Shown here one piece after another: positions 1 through 10,082 of a stretch of DNA of 64,000 bases (position 1 is its first letter; every line of letters begins with the position of its first letter). A program made the position numbers and the translations under genes. Source of the stretch: an uncultured virus (IMG/VR IMGVR_UViG_3300042540_001200). Its lineage: Duplodnaviria > Heunggongvirae > Uroviricota > Caudoviricetes. The notes below the pieces were generated by a model, which worked only from the letters and a program-made list of their open reading frames with translations, ran no database searches and was not told the DNA's origin. Where the stretch lies: positions 1 through 64,000 of IMG/VR virus record IMGVR_UViG_3300042540_001200; one strand, written 5' to 3'.

Positions 1-243
1 TTTATCAAAATCCGAAATAATATTTTTAATAGGATCATCTTGGATAATATCGTAAAGGTCATCTTTACTTAAAGTTATACCATCTTTTTTTAAAATGTTT
101 AATACAGAATCTACTGTATACGGCTTTTTAGCACCACTATCTTCATAACGTGCACGTAGTTGGCTTAACAAAGATGTTATTTCCACCCTTAGTGGATCAT
201 CATCTTTGTTAATATCTTCTACAAAAAACTCTCTAAATCGCAC
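1..243 (-). CDS. hypothetical protein, probably head-associated (runs off window start)
   Basis: Not in ORF track; GTG at 243, open to position 1: MRFREFFVEDINKDDDPLRVEITSLLSQLR... Confidence 0.7.
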   Translation of the reverse strand, partial: MRFREFFVEDINKDDDPLRVEITSLLSQLRARYEDSGAKKPYTVDSVLNILKKDGITLSKDDLYDIIQDDPIKNIISDFDK

Positions 244-245
244 GA

Positions 246-953
246 TTAACGCAACTCTCTACCTGCTGCGCCAATTTCTTCTTCGCCTTCATCAGGCTCG
301 GGTAATTCAGGCATAGCTTCAGCGTCTGCACCTAACTCTGCGGCAGGTGCTGCCATATCAGGTTGGTCACTTACAGGAGCTACTGCACCACCTGCATCAA
401 ATCCTGCGGATGCTGCACGACCTAATAATACGTCTTGTGCACCTACAATTGATGCTTTAGCTTGTGCTATGGCATCTTGTAATTGTGATAAGGCATCACT
501 TGCACTTTGACTAAATTGATCTGCACCTTGTGCGCTTTGCTCAGTTTGGCGCATTTGTTCTTCAATAGCAGCTAGATCTTTGACACGCATGTCACTAACA
601 CGCTCAACCATTTTTTGCAATTCTTGAATCATGTTTTCTGCTGCCATAACATTTGCTGCTGATGTAACAGTTTCATCTTCGACAACAATAGTTGGACGTA
701 CATTTAAATCAGTAAAATGATTAGAAAGCATCTGCTCCATCATTAATAATTTCAAATATGAATTATTTTTATGACTTTCATGGATTTTACTTGTGGTACG
801 TGCATCTTTTAATAATGTACGCACTTTATCAAGCATACTTTTTGTTGTACGGAAATCTAGCTTATTCAAATCATAGTTTAAACCATAGTGCTCTTTTAAA
901 GCACGACTTGCAATTTTACTAGCTTTACTTTCGTTTAGTTCTGTTAATCTCAT
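246..953 (-). CDS. putative prohead core/scaffold-like coiled-coil protein
   Basis: Start re-assigned to MRLTELNE downstream of GATAAATA motif; helical body, acidic Ala/Pro/Glu tail. Confidence 0.5.
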   Translation of the reverse strand: MRLTELNESKASKIASRALKEHYGLNYDLNKLDFRTTKSMLDKVRTLLKDARTTSKIHESHKNNSYLKLLMMEQMLSNHFTDLNVRPTIVVEDETVTSAANVMAAENMIQELQKMVERVSDMRVKDLAAIEEQMRQTEQSAQGADQFSQSASDALSQLQDAIAQAKASIVGAQDVLLGRAASAGFDAGGAVAPVSDQPDMAAPAAELGADAEAMPELPEPDEGEEEIGAAGRELR

Positions 954-1404
954 TTTCAAATCCTTTTTGTTGACATAGTTTAGCAACTTTAATGTATTTA
1001 TCCAATTCATTATTAAAAGTTAATTGCTTATGAGTAATCATTTGAACTTTTGCTGTTTGAATTAGATATTGTTCAATAGTTCCTTTTTTACTAAGTTTTT
1101 CATGAACTTTCTTTTCAAAATCAAGACCACAAAGTAAATTATCAATTTCATGTAGCTTAGTTGCCTCATGCATCATGAACTTATTGTCTAATATAGCCCA
1201 TGCTATAGCATGTTTTAGTTTAAAAAATTGAAATTCACGTTCATCACCACGTCTTAAGACGTTAATATAGTTATTTTTCTTAAAAATAAAATATTGGTTA
1301 TACAATACATAGCCATCATTTGTATCTACTATAATTCGTTTAAGTATTTTTGGTAATACAACTTCAGCAATTTCTTGCAATTTATCATAGGGTATTTTTC
1401 TCAT
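925..1404 (-). CDS. hypothetical protein
   Basis: 159 aa ORF coupled to neighbours. Confidence 0.7.
   Translation of the reverse strand: MRKIPYDKLQEIAEVVLPKILKRIIVDTNDGYVLYNQYFIFKKNNYINVLRRGDEREFQFFKLKHAIAWAILDNKFMMHEATKLHEIDNLLCGLDFEKKVHEKLSKKGTIEQYLIQTAKVQMITHKQLTFNNELDKYIKVAKLCQQKGFENEINRTKRK
995..1002 (-). promoter_or_regulatory. T4-late-like promoter GATAAATA
   Basis: Motif about 40 nt upstream of ATG 953; recurs upstream of many late-type genes. Confidence 0.55.
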
Positions 1405-1828
1405 CGATTACTTCAAAATGAATATTTTTAAAATCATTATTAATATTTAACAAACCTGATAATCCATTCCACTCTTCTAAACCAATAATCATGGGCACAT
1501 GATCGCAATCTTCATATAACCCACCAAGTTCATCCTCACCAAGTTGGAAAACACTATGCTGTTGTACTACAAAAGTAAATGACCACATAGGTATAAAATC
1601 TTTTGATTTGTATTTTTTACCAAAGGGCTGAGATAACCTTTGGCTATCTTTAATAGGCATACTAATGTCTTCAGGTTGTGCTCTTATACCAATACATTGT
1701 AAAATTGTTTCGTAATTTGATTGCTGACTACCTTTAAAGTCATCGTCATCTTTACGATCTAATTTATTTCGTCTAAAATTTACATCTGTTTTAGTTATGT
1801 CGTATAATGTTGTACAGCGTATCTTCAT
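1385..1828 (-). CDS. hypothetical protein
   Basis: Likely start MKIRCTTL just downstream of a terminator and a TAAATA motif. Confidence 0.65.
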   Translation of the reverse strand: MKIRCTTLYDITKTDVNFRRNKLDRKDDDDFKGSQQSNYETILQCIGIRAQPEDISMPIKDSQRLSQPFGKKYKSKDFIPMWSFTFVVQQHSVFQLGEDELGGLYEDCDHVPMIIGLEEWNGLSGLLNINNDFKNIHFEVIDEKNTL

Positions 1829-1847
1829 GACTTTATTTAACGACAAT

Positions 1848-1874
1848 AAAAAAGCCCCGAAAAAATCGGGGCTT
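1848..1874 (-). terminator. intrinsic terminator
   Basis: AAGCCCCGA/TCGGGGCTT stem followed by U-tract on minus strand, after 132 aa gene. Confidence 0.85.
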
Positions 1875-1904
1875 AGTGTGCACAATATATTATATTGTTA
1901 TATA

Positions 1905-2303
1905 TTACGCAAATGTTGCGCCTGTTGCTACAGAAATATTTGCTGTGAATGAACTATTTGCTGCTTGAATGCCATTTGTGATAGCTGTATCAAGTGTAGA
2001 TGTTGTCCATGCACCAACAGGATACACAGCGATTGCTAATGTATCATCAGTTGCGTTGTTGTACTGATATAAATGAATGGTAGCTAATTGCTCAATTGAC
2101 TGAAATACTGCTGTTGCATAATCAGCAATTTGTGAACCATTACCTGTTACTGTAAACATCTGTAAATCAGGACCTTGTGGTTGTACTGCTACACCACTTG
2201 TCATTGCATTGATGTTACCACTATTTGTGTATGCGTTACCTGTACCTTGATCGTATACGGCTACGGGTTGAAAATCACCATTAACTCTTGTAAAACCTGC
2301 CAT
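1905..2303 (-). CDS. putative virion (head decoration-like) protein
   Basis: Ala/Thr/Gly/Asn-rich, strong SD AGGAG, own late-like promoter and terminator. Confidence 0.5.
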   Translation of the reverse strand: MAGFTRVNGDFQPVAVYDQGTGNAYTNSGNINAMTSGVAVQPQGPDLQMFTVTGNGSQIADYATAVFQSIEQLATIHLYQYNNATDDTLAIAVYPVGAWTTSTLDTAITNGIQAANSSFTANISVATGATFA

Positions 2304-2343
2304 TTTTTTTCTCCTTAATGTTTTGAACCAAAGGTTCTAATTT

Positions 2344-2351
2344 TATTTATC
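2344..2351 (-). promoter_or_regulatory. T4-late-like promoter GATAAATA
   Basis: Intergenic, about 40 nt upstream of ATG 2303. Confidence 0.6.
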
Positions 2352-2388
2352 TTATTTGTAAAAAAATAGCTTGTTACCTAAAAACTAC

Positions 2389-3351
2389 CTACTTTTTGGC
2401 TTGTGCTTGAAAATTAGCAACACTTGAACGTATATCTTTTACTATTTCATTATAATCACTTGGATATTTACGTTTCATATAAGTTAAAACGTTTAACATT
2501 AGGTTGTTTAACTCATCTGCATTATAATAGTTGCTATTCATGGCACTGACAACACGATCTAAATGAGTTGATCCTACTGAACTTTGCCCTACACCACTTG
2601 AAATACTACCTCTTGATCTACCCATGGCTTTCTGTTTATAGATATAATCAAGTAATTTTGCAGCATTTTTATACGCCATGTCACTTTTACCACTTGCAAA
2701 TTCTTGATCTATTGTGGTAGCTATTTGTTTTAATTCAGGAACCTCATTTAAATTAAATTGTATAACTTGATCAATGTAGTTAGTGAAGGAGCCTGGGTCA
2801 ACGACAGTTTGTTCATATAAAGCTGATTCTAATAAGGTATACAAATCATCAAATCTACTTTCTGTCATACCTTGTGCTTGTCTTTTACGAATAATATCAG
2901 CAGTTGATGAGGTGTAGTTGCCTTGGGGAGGGCGACCTGGGCGCATGCTAGCTTGTGCTGCCTGTGCTGCTGCTTTACGTCGATCAGCGTAGCCTGGTAG
3001 CTCGGTTGGTGCAGCCTGTAGGTTTGGTGTAGGTAACTGTGTACCTGTGGGAACTGTTCTTTGTTGTACCGTTGTTTGCTGTGCTTGGCGTTGTTGTACT
3101 TTTGGCGTTGGCTGAACAGCAGGTTGTGATGCAGGTTGTGATGATGGTTCATCTTGTTTTTGTGCTGTCATATAATTTGGATCAGCTTGACGAACTTTAG
3201 CTGCCCATGCAGGATAACCTTTTAGTGCAGCACTAATCTTAGACTGTATAACTTTTGCATCTAACTGCGAGGTTTTTGGATCTCGATACGCCATTTGCTG
3301 ACGTATCGGATTAAAAATAGCTTCTAATCCATCTTCAATCAGTTTACTCAT
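2389..3351 (-). CDS. hypothetical Gln/Pro-rich protein, possible internal head protein
   Basis: Low-complexity Q/P/A region; LIE, MTE, LLE, LYE motifs resembling prohead protease sites. Confidence 0.6.
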   Translation of the reverse strand: MSKLIEDGLEAIFNPIRQQMAYRDPKTSQLDAKVIQSKISAALKGYPAWAAKVRQADPNYMTAQKQDEPSSQPASQPAVQPTPKVQQRQAQQTTVQQRTVPTGTQLPTPNLQAAPTELPGYADRRKAAAQAAQASMRPGRPPQGNYTSSTADIIRKRQAQGMTESRFDDLYTLLESALYEQTVVDPGSFTNYIDQVIQFNLNEVPELKQIATTIDQEFASGKSDMAYKNAAKLLDYIYKQKAMGRSRGSISSGVGQSSVGSTHLDRVVSAMNSNYYNADELNNLMLNVLTYMKRKYPSDYNEIVKDIRSSVANFQAQAKK

Positions 3352-3592
3352 CAGCAGAATTCTTTCTAAAACTTTTTGAGAATTTTTCGCTATCTCTACT
3401 TTTTATAGCAACTAACAGCTTTCGTTCTAAAACTTCAGCCTGTTCAGGCGTAAAATTACGCTGTATAACCTCTAAAAGGTGTATAGCACTTGTTATAATA
3501 CTATTGGCACGACTTTCGATTATATACTTAGTATCACGATTTTTTGCCAATGATTCTAATTCTTCTAATAGGCTACGAGTCTTTTTTTCCAT
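3344..3592 (-). CDS. hypothetical protein
   Basis: 82 aa ORF preceded by GATAAATA at 3600-3607. Confidence 0.75.
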   Translation of the reverse strand: MEKKTRSLLEELESLAKNRDTKYIIESRANSIITSAIHLLEVIQRNFTPEQAEVLERKLLVAIKSRDSEKFSKSFRKNSADE

Positions 3593-3625
3593 GATATAGT
3601 ATTTATCAGAATTATGACAGTTGTA

Positions 3626-5023
3626 TTAACTTCCTTTCTTAAACTGTGCTAACATTTGTTTTACTTTATTACTTTGAACATCAGCTACTACTTTACTTTC
3701 TTCAGGTTCTTCTTCTACTCGATTAATAACCTGACTATTAGTTTTAATCTTACTTAGTATTGATGATCCTGTATGTACTTCATGTGTGGTTCCATCCTCG
3801 CCATCATCAAAGATTTTCAACGTTTCTTTATTAAATGACAAATCAATCTTAGTACCTACTCCTGAACTACTACGAGTTTTCATCAATTGTAATTGATATT
3901 TTCCTTTCTCACGCATGTTTCTACTAGTAAAAATACCAAAGACATTGTCAGCAGTGTTAATTTTACTAATTCCACCACTGATATGACTATGATCAAATTC
4001 ACTTTCTTCTACCGCACTACGATTTAATTGTGAAGCAGTTACAAATAATGCATTTAACTCTTTTGCTAAATTACGTAATTCTTCACTAACGTATTTGTCT
4101 TTGACAAATAAATCACTTGGGCTTACTTTAGCAGATACAGGCATCATAAGATCTAGGTAGTCAACACAAATAAAGTCTAGTTTAGTGTCAGTTTGAACTT
4201 GTAATTCTTTACAATAAGCTCGCAAATCATTGACGGTGCTTTGGGCTGGCATGTATTTGACACGTAATTGCCCTGCTTTCTTTTGAATCATTTTTACTTT
4301 TAATTCAACATCATCAATTTGTTTCCATACATCATTAGTAGGAATGTCAGTCATCATACCATCCATCCGCCAAGAACATAGTTCTTCACTTAGTTCTAAG
4401 GTTACATACACACCATTTAATCCCATAGCAGACCATGTTACTGCTAAATTTTGCATGAATAATGACTTACCTGATCCACTACCACCCAAAAACAGTTGTA
4501 ATTCACCACGATTAAACCCACCATATAATTTACGATCAAGAACAGGCCATCCTGTGGTTACTTGCCCATTTTTTGCCTTAATAGCCATCAATCTGCCACG
4601 TGGGTCATCATAATAATCAATGCCCATATCTTTTGTTAAGCTAATCTGTACCGCATCTTTAACAAGTTTTTCAACAGGATCATAGTTTCCTTTTTCAAGT
4701 AATTCTGCACTTTTTAAAATAGCACGTTCTAATTCTTGTTTACGTGTAAATTTTTCAAATTCATCTAAAAACCATTCTATATCATGATCACGCAAATCAT
4801 GTATTTTATCTAATTCGATATTTGTAGTTACACGAATTGTTTCCGCATCAGGTATACCATTGTACTTTTGTGAATACTCTTGTAAAAATTTTACAGCAGG
4901 ACGCAACCTTTTAGTAAAATTGTCAGCGTTTAAAATGTTCTGAACACGTGTGAATAAATGATGTTCAGTTAACATCATATTTAAAAACAATGTTTGTACT
5001 TCGTCGGTATACTCTATTTTCAC
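3626..5023 (-). CDS. gp41: replicative DNA helicase (DnaB/T4 gp41-like)
   Basis: Walker A GGSGSGKS, VDYLDLM, TASQLNR, MKTR SF4 motifs. Confidence 0.95.
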   Translation of the reverse strand: MKIEYTDEVQTLFLNMMLTEHHLFTRVQNILNADNFTKRLRPAVKFLQEYSQKYNGIPDAETIRVTTNIELDKIHDLRDHDIEWFLDEFEKFTRKQELERAILKSAELLEKGNYDPVEKLVKDAVQISLTKDMGIDYYDDPRGRLMAIKAKNGQVTTGWPVLDRKLYGGFNRGELQLFLGGSGSGKSLFMQNLAVTWSAMGLNGVYVTLELSEELCSWRMDGMMTDIPTNDVWKQIDDVELKVKMIQKKAGQLRVKYMPAQSTVNDLRAYCKELQVQTDTKLDFICVDYLDLMMPVSAKVSPSDLFVKDKYVSEELRNLAKELNALFVTASQLNRSAVEESEFDHSHISGGISKINTADNVFGIFTSRNMREKGKYQLQLMKTRSSSGVGTKIDLSFNKETLKIFDDGEDGTTHEVHTGSSILSKIKTNSQVINRVEEEPEESKVVADVQSNKVKQMLAQFKKGS

Positions 5024-6003
5024 AATACTTTATCTTTATAAATTTTAATCTTTGCTTTACTGATTGTTGCGTGTTGAATAATACTTAGTAATGTAGCTAA
5101 TTTACCATACTTTAAAACCGCATCATTAACATCCTTAATTGTACTATCCCATGTTGGAGGTATGCTTACACTATACCCATAGTCTAATGCTCGCTCAATA
5201 CCTTTAAATCCCGCAAGATCACGATCAGGTACGTAAATAATTCTACGCTTTAACTTAGATATTAACCAAGATTGTTTTTCACTGACTTCATTGGACATGA
5301 TAGCACAACCACCAATAGCCAATGCGTCAAACTGTCCTTCAACCAATATACAAATTTCCCAACTTGGATCCTGCCTATCTAAATTAAAAACATAACCTGA
5401 TTGTTGCTCGGATATGTACTTAGGTTTTATATCATCGTAATATCTACTTGTATATCCCACAGTCCTACCATTTAAAAAATATGGGATAATTATACGATGG
5501 GCATCACGACCTTCACCCTTAGGTGTCACCATGAACTGATAATCATCATACATAAACCCACGTGCAGCTAAAATATTAACAAATCGTATGTGCTGTGGAT
5601 TATTTGGGTTTATAATTTCAGCATCTTTTGGCAATGCTATATCTTTAAAAATTAACTCATGCTGTACTTTAGTTTTGACTAACAATGACGTATCACGCAA
5701 TCGCAATGCTTCCATTGATAATGCTGCTACCTCATCATCAGACATTCCCATCCATGATAATAATTTTCTAAAGTGGTCACTTAATAATTTTCCCGTTGAA
5801 TAACCACATTTGAAATTACAATTGAAACAGGAATAATTGATTTTATCATCACCTGTTACTATTAGTCCACCACGCATACGAGTATCTACACGATGCCCAC
5901 GATGATGACAACATACAGCATTGGCAGATATCCATCCACCACCCGTACGTTTATGCTTGCGGTTACACCAAAAATGTAGTGTTTTATCAATAATAGTATT
6001 CAT
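5020..6003 (-). CDS. gp61: DNA primase (T4 gp61-like)
   Basis: N-terminal Cys Zn-binding region (CFNC), TOPRIM VEGQFDA and PDRD, KDVND; adjacent to helicase. Confidence 0.9.
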   Translation of the reverse strand: MNTIIDKTLHFWCNRKHKRTGGGWISANAVCCHHRGHRVDTRMRGGLIVTGDDKINYSCFNCNFKCGYSTGKLLSDHFRKLLSWMGMSDDEVAALSMEALRLRDTSLLVKTKVQHELIFKDIALPKDAEIINPNNPQHIRFVNILAARGFMYDDYQFMVTPKGEGRDAHRIIIPYFLNGRTVGYTSRYYDDIKPKYISEQQSGYVFNLDRQDPSWEICILVEGQFDALAIGGCAIMSNEVSEKQSWLISKLKRRIIYVPDRDLAGFKGIERALDYGYSVSIPPTWDSTIKDVNDAVLKYGKLATLLSIIQHATISKAKIKIYKDKVL

Positions 6004-6055
6004 GTGCCACCATAGTATAGCACAACGATTGCATCTTCATCAAATATTAGATAAT

Positions 6056-6937
6056 TTATCTAGCGTATATAGCAACAACATCACCTTTTAAGTACTGTTG
6101 ATTTGTTTCAGGAGGACCACTACCATAATTCTGTATAGCTAAACGTACATAAGGATGATAGCCTGTTATGGTAGTGCCCACGGTCAATGTTTCGCCTGTA
6201 GGGTATGGTAAAGCATTTGCGTTACCATAAACAACCACATTACCAATATTGTAAGCACGACTAAAATCAGCGATGTTGCTACCTTCAATAGTTATATTAC
6301 CACAAAATTCTTCTATTCTATATTGAATAGTCAAATATTGTGCATCTTCATTTTTAATTTCACTGCTGTAGTACATCTTGGGTTGAGGTTGGGTACTATT
6401 ACCACCTTGCATAGCATTGCCTTGTGTAGGTCTTGGATGTGTTGGTATGGTTACATCAAGTGCAGGAATTACCCTAGGGAAAATACTATCAACAACAATT
6501 AAGTTACCTCTAGCTGATCCGCTTGCATTGACAAAAACAGCCATACCTGCAGTTTGAGGATTTACTTCAGGTACATCACTTATTTCAACGGAATAGTAAC
6601 AATATTGAGGTTGAATTAAATCTACTTCAGAGGCAGTTAATTCTAAATTAAAAATCCCTGTAATAGGTAAGTTAGCAGTTAATGCTTTAGTAAGAATTAG
6701 TTCAGTGCCGTTATTATTGATAACACGGAAATATAAATATTTTCCAACTAAATTTACAGGTTTTTGATCTTGATTAATAAACGCAAATTCTAGTAAATTA
6801 TCAACACCACGATTTAACATTAAGTCTTTAGCGTACACGATACTATATCTCCTTGTAGCAATATTTCCTGCGGCACTTAATAAAACCACATATTGTCTTT
6901 GATTATATAAATACATTTGCGTTTGGTATGCAGCCAC
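6056..6937 (-). CDS. putative virion structural protein
   Basis: Beta-rich composition, GTG start with AGGA SD, late-like motif at 6957-6963. Confidence 0.5.
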   Translation of the reverse strand: MAAYQTQMYLYNQRQYVVLLSAAGNIATRRYSIVYAKDLMLNRGVDNLLEFAFINQDQKPVNLVGKYLYFRVINNNGTELILTKALTANLPITGIFNLELTASEVDLIQPQYCYYSVEISDVPEVNPQTAGMAVFVNASGSARGNLIVVDSIFPRVIPALDVTIPTHPRPTQGNAMQGGNSTQPQPKMYYSSEIKNEDAQYLTIQYRIEEFCGNITIEGSNIADFSRAYNIGNVVVYGNANALPYPTGETLTVGTTITGYHPYVRLAIQNYGSGPPETNQQYLKGDVVAIYAR

Positions 6938-6961
6938 GTGAATATCCTTTATTTTGTATTT

Positions 6962-7336
6962 ATGTCATCAGAATTTTTAAAAAAGTTGAGTTCAAATCAT
7001 CCGTTTATAACCGTATGCTCCTATGCAGGTCAAGAGTATATTGGTGTTGTGCAAAACCGTGATGATGATGTTACAACATTCTATGATTATGGTGCTATCA
7101 TTGAACACGAATTAAAACAATTATTTTTAGAATTAGGTGATGTATGGTGGTGGGAAAGTAATCGTCTTATACCTATCAACATCTTTTTAAAAGATGAATG
7201 GCATGTATTTAAACAATATCTTAGAACATTTAATAATAAATCTCTAGTGATTATTCACGGACCAACCACCTCGATTAGTGAACTAAGCAAAAGACGTGTT
7301 AAGCGTAAAAGCATTACGTTGGTCAAGCGCATGTAA
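6962..7336 (+). CDS. hypothetical protein (opposite strand)
   Basis: Fills gap between minus-strand genes; likely start MSSEFLKK; WWWESNRLIPINIFL motif. Confidence 0.75.
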   Translation: MSSEFLKKLSSNHPFITVCSYAGQEYIGVVQNRDDDVTTFYDYGAIIEHELKQLFLELGDVWWWESNRLIPINIFLKDEWHVFKQYLRTFNNKSLVIIHGPTTSISELSKRRVKRKSITLVKRM

Positions 7337-7909
7337 TCCTAATTCTTCAATCAAGTTCATATGTACAACCACCAAGTGTGCATAACTTATTGAATGACTT
7401 TTCTTAAACGAATACCCATCATGATCAGTTTTGTCCCATACAGTTTGATTAACTTCACTCCATGTCTTACCAATCAAATGCCTTTTAGCAGGACGAATTA
7501 CAGCTAAAAACATTGCCATACGTGGTATGGTATTGATAGGTTCAGGCATTTTTCTCATCGTATCATAATGTTCACCAATATGAATCAATGACTGAAAGAA
7601 TTCTTTATCATATAATTTTGACCAATTAGGCTCGGCCATTAATTTGATAAGATGATTTTCGTCCCGAACATGCTTGTATACCCAAACATTTAAAAAATCT
7701 AGCTTGATATAGTTTCTATCTTCGGCTTGTTTATATTCAAGTGCCGCCCAATCATGTATAGGGTCATAAGGAATGTTAGTCACGTATACGCCTGTAGGAT
7801 GTTTTTTTACGCCATCCGTAGTTTTCATGTGAGCAGCAACGTATTTGATATGCTGTAAAATATCATTGCGGTCAGCAAAGTCAATATCAATGTCACTATT
7901 GAAAGTCAT
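7283..7909 (-). CDS. dnaE: miniature DNA polymerase III alpha-like protein, catalytic (C-terminal) part
   Basis: SDIDIDF, KHPTGVYV, KLDFLNV, AVIRP, YSFKKSHSISYA match DnaE PDxDxDF, HAAGVV, KxDFLGL, RPG, YxFNKSH. Confidence 0.85.
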   Translation of the reverse strand: MTFNSDIDIDFADRNDILQHIKYVAAHMKTTDGVKKHPTGVYVTNIPYDPIHDWAALEYKQAEDRNYIKLDFLNVWVYKHVRDENHLIKLMAEPNWSKLYDKEFFQSLIHIGEHYDTMRKMPEPINTIPRMAMFLAVIRPAKRHLIGKTWSEVNQTVWDKTDHDGYSFKKSHSISYAHLVVVHMNLIEELGLHALDQRNAFTLNTSFA

Positions 7910-8604
7910 AAATCCATTTGCTCAATAATTCGCTTAATTGATTCGACTGTATCTTTTTCACGATACAATTTTATACCCCATACGTCAGGATTAATATAAT
8001 CAAAAATTAATTTGATTTGATCTTGGTTAAGATTTTCAATAAATGCTCTACCATGTGTAGAGTTGTACAAAAACCATGGACTAATTTGCCCATTAATTAC
8101 TGAATAACATAGTTTATTATGATTTAAAAATTTAAAGGCATCACGTACTTGTATATTTTGTTCATGACATAATATTTTTAACGATTCAATACTACGTTTA
8201 ACAGCATCATACGCATCTTCTAATTTTAAATAGTCGATAAGAAACTTGGTATAGTATACATCACTATTCCAACTATCAATGATAACCTTGTGTGATACAA
8301 GATAATCAATGTAACGAGCAATGTTAATAACTTTATTAGCTAGGCAGTAACTAGCAAACTTAATAAATGCGCTATAAAATGGACTATAGATAAAATCTAT
8401 GTACTCAAGTTTTGATTTAGTAGGATGATTTTTTTGGTGATACATTTTAAAAGCACCGTGTGCAAAACGATTGACTTGGTTATCACGTTCATTCCATCGA
8501 CGTTTTGATTCACACAAATGTGTTAATAATGTACTCTCACGTATAAATGATCGTTTACAAAACTCACATTGATTAGTAATTTCCGTTTTCTTTTTCGTAG
8601 TCAT
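7906..8604 (-). CDS. hypothetical protein with N-terminal Zn finger
   Basis: CEFCKRSF...LLTHLC; lies in replication operon. Confidence 0.7.
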   Translation of the reverse strand: MTTKKKTEITNQCEFCKRSFIRESTLLTHLCESKRRWNERDNQVNRFAHGAFKMYHQKNHPTKSKLEYIDFIYSPFYSAFIKFASYCLANKVINIARYIDYLVSHKVIIDSWNSDVYYTKFLIDYLKLEDAYDAVKRSIESLKILCHEQNIQVRDAFKFLNHNKLCYSVINGQISPWFLYNSTHGRAFIENLNQDQIKLIFDYINPDVWGIKLYREKDTVESIKRIIEQMDL

Positions 8605-9148
8605 TAATATCTTGTTCATTGACAATTGTACTCAAATATTCTATATCACAAAGTTTCATACTAGGAAATAATTTAGCTAAACGATACCTTAGGTTTTGTA
8701 ATTGCACAAACTCTACGCTAGTTTCATTAATAACTTTATCGTTAGCATTGCTAATTTTCTTAAAATACTCTGCTACTTCTTTTTTTGTAGCCGCAACTTT
8801 TAACTCACCAATTTTGTGATTTAAATGTGGTATCCATTGATGAAATTGCACTCCTGAATTTGGGCTAGCTACACACAGCATATACCAAATTAATTTAGGA
8901 TGACGTTGAATATATTCATTAAAGAAGTGTTTATTAACAAACTCATTAGCTGCAATGACGTAATATTTTGATAACTCACCTTGTTTTTTAATTGAACTCA
9001 TCCAATGCAGCATCATAAATGGAACAAATTTCTTTTGTTGTTCTTCGGTAAGTCGATCATAATAATCATAATCCTTACGATCTAATGCTTCAAGCGCACC
9101 AAATAAATCAAAGTCAACGTTTTGTAATTTAAGATCAGATTGTTTCAT
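8573..9148 (-). CDS. putative clamp loader small subunit (T4 gp62-like)
   Basis: PFMMLHWMS...ANEFVN...QWI pattern recalls gp62; size and context fit. Confidence 0.55.
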   Translation of the reverse strand: MKQSDLKLQNVDFDLFGALEALDRKDYDYYDRLTEEQQKKFVPFMMLHWMSSIKKQGELSKYYVIAANEFVNKHFFNEYIQRHPKLIWYMLCVASPNSGVQFHQWIPHLNHKIGELKVAATKKEVAEYFKKISNANDKVINETSVEFVQLQNLRYRLAKLFPSMKLCDIEYLSTIVNEQDINDYEKENGNY

Positions 9149-9386
9149 TACTGTCCAATGACAATATTAGTAAACTGAGTTCTTCATCGTTACTAACTTG
9201 ATAATAGTGTGTAGTTAAATAAAAATCATCTTCTAATTTGTAGACAGGGATAATTTGTTTGCCTGTTTTACTTTTATACCATTCTCTAGCATTTGGAAAA
9301 GTTAAAAATAAATTTTGATCATTGATGCAAGCTATCTCAAAATCTTTTTTAATTTGATGAAATTCATGTCTTGGTATTTCAAACAT
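9135..9386 (-). CDS. hypothetical protein
   Basis: Likely start MFEIPRHEF overlapping upstream stop. Confidence 0.55.
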   Translation of the reverse strand: MFEIPRHEFHQIKKDFEIACINDQNLFLTFPNAREWYKSKTGKQIIPVYKLEDDFYLTTHYYQVSNDEELSLLILSLDSNETI

Positions 9387-9582
9387 CTTTACATAAATCT
9401 TTAAACATCTTTTTTCGACCATCAACTGTAAGTATATGATCAAATATTTCAGTAGTACGTTGTAGCATTGCACATGCTAGCATGAGTTGATCATTATGAT
9501 TCTCAGTCATAGCAAGGGCTGTATCAATAATAACCATCATATTACTCATTTTCATTTCAGTAGGATCAATTAATTTACTCAT
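9379..9582 (-). CDS. hypothetical protein
   Basis: 67 aa coupled ORF. Confidence 0.65.
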   Translation of the reverse strand: MSKLIDPTEMKMSNMMVIIDTALAMTENHNDQLMLACAMLQRTTEIFDHILTVDGRKKMFKDLCKDV

Positions 9583-10082
9583 TAGAACACCTGTTTATAA
9601 TCTACAATTTCACAATTACGACTGATTTCTTTGACAAAATAGATACAACGTGGTTTTTCATTGTTATCTATAGGTACACAAAGAAACTGTCCGTTTTTTA
9701 GCCTAGGGGCATACCATGTTACATCATGATATATGTCAATGATTTCAATGTCAAGAAAAGTTGGTCTAAAACCACTTAATGGATTAAATTGAAACGCTTT
9801 AAATCCACGATCATTAATACTAGTAAGTGGCACAGTTTCTAGGTCACCAAATTCAGGTTCGCCTATCAGTATTTGCCAATCTAGAGGCATCTTGATAATT
9901 TCATCTTGGATACGTAATACTAGCGCAGGACTGTTAAATGATTCTAAAAATATAAGTGGTATAAAAAAGTAATCAACTGCATTGGGATTACTATTATCTA
10001 ATATAGCAAATCGTAAGTCATCAATTTCTTCAGGTAGATTCTCTAAATTAAATTTTGTATCATCCAATAATAATATGTTCAT
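9582..10082 (-). CDS. hypothetical protein, possibly inactive Hint-like fold
   Basis: Coupled to uvsW; beta-strand pattern resembles Hint blocks without catalytic residues. Confidence 0.7.
   Translation of the reverse strand: MNILLLDDTKFNLENLPEEIDDLRFAILDNSNPNAVDYFFIPLIFLESFNSPALVLRIQDEIIKMPLDWQILIGEPEFGDLETVPLTSINDRGFKAFQFNPLSGFRPTFLDIEIIDIYHDVTWYAPRLKNGQFLCVPIDNNEKPRCIYFVKEISRNCEIVDYKQVF

Noticed and set aside
3118..3143. Tandem 12-bp repeat GCAGGTTGTGAT
   Set aside because: Only two copies, encoding low-complexity SQPA linker; no spacers
7283..7909. DnaE fragments as pseudogene debris
   Set aside because: Both pieces are clean ORFs that keep catalytic motifs while deleting the sequence between them, which suggests selection rather than decay
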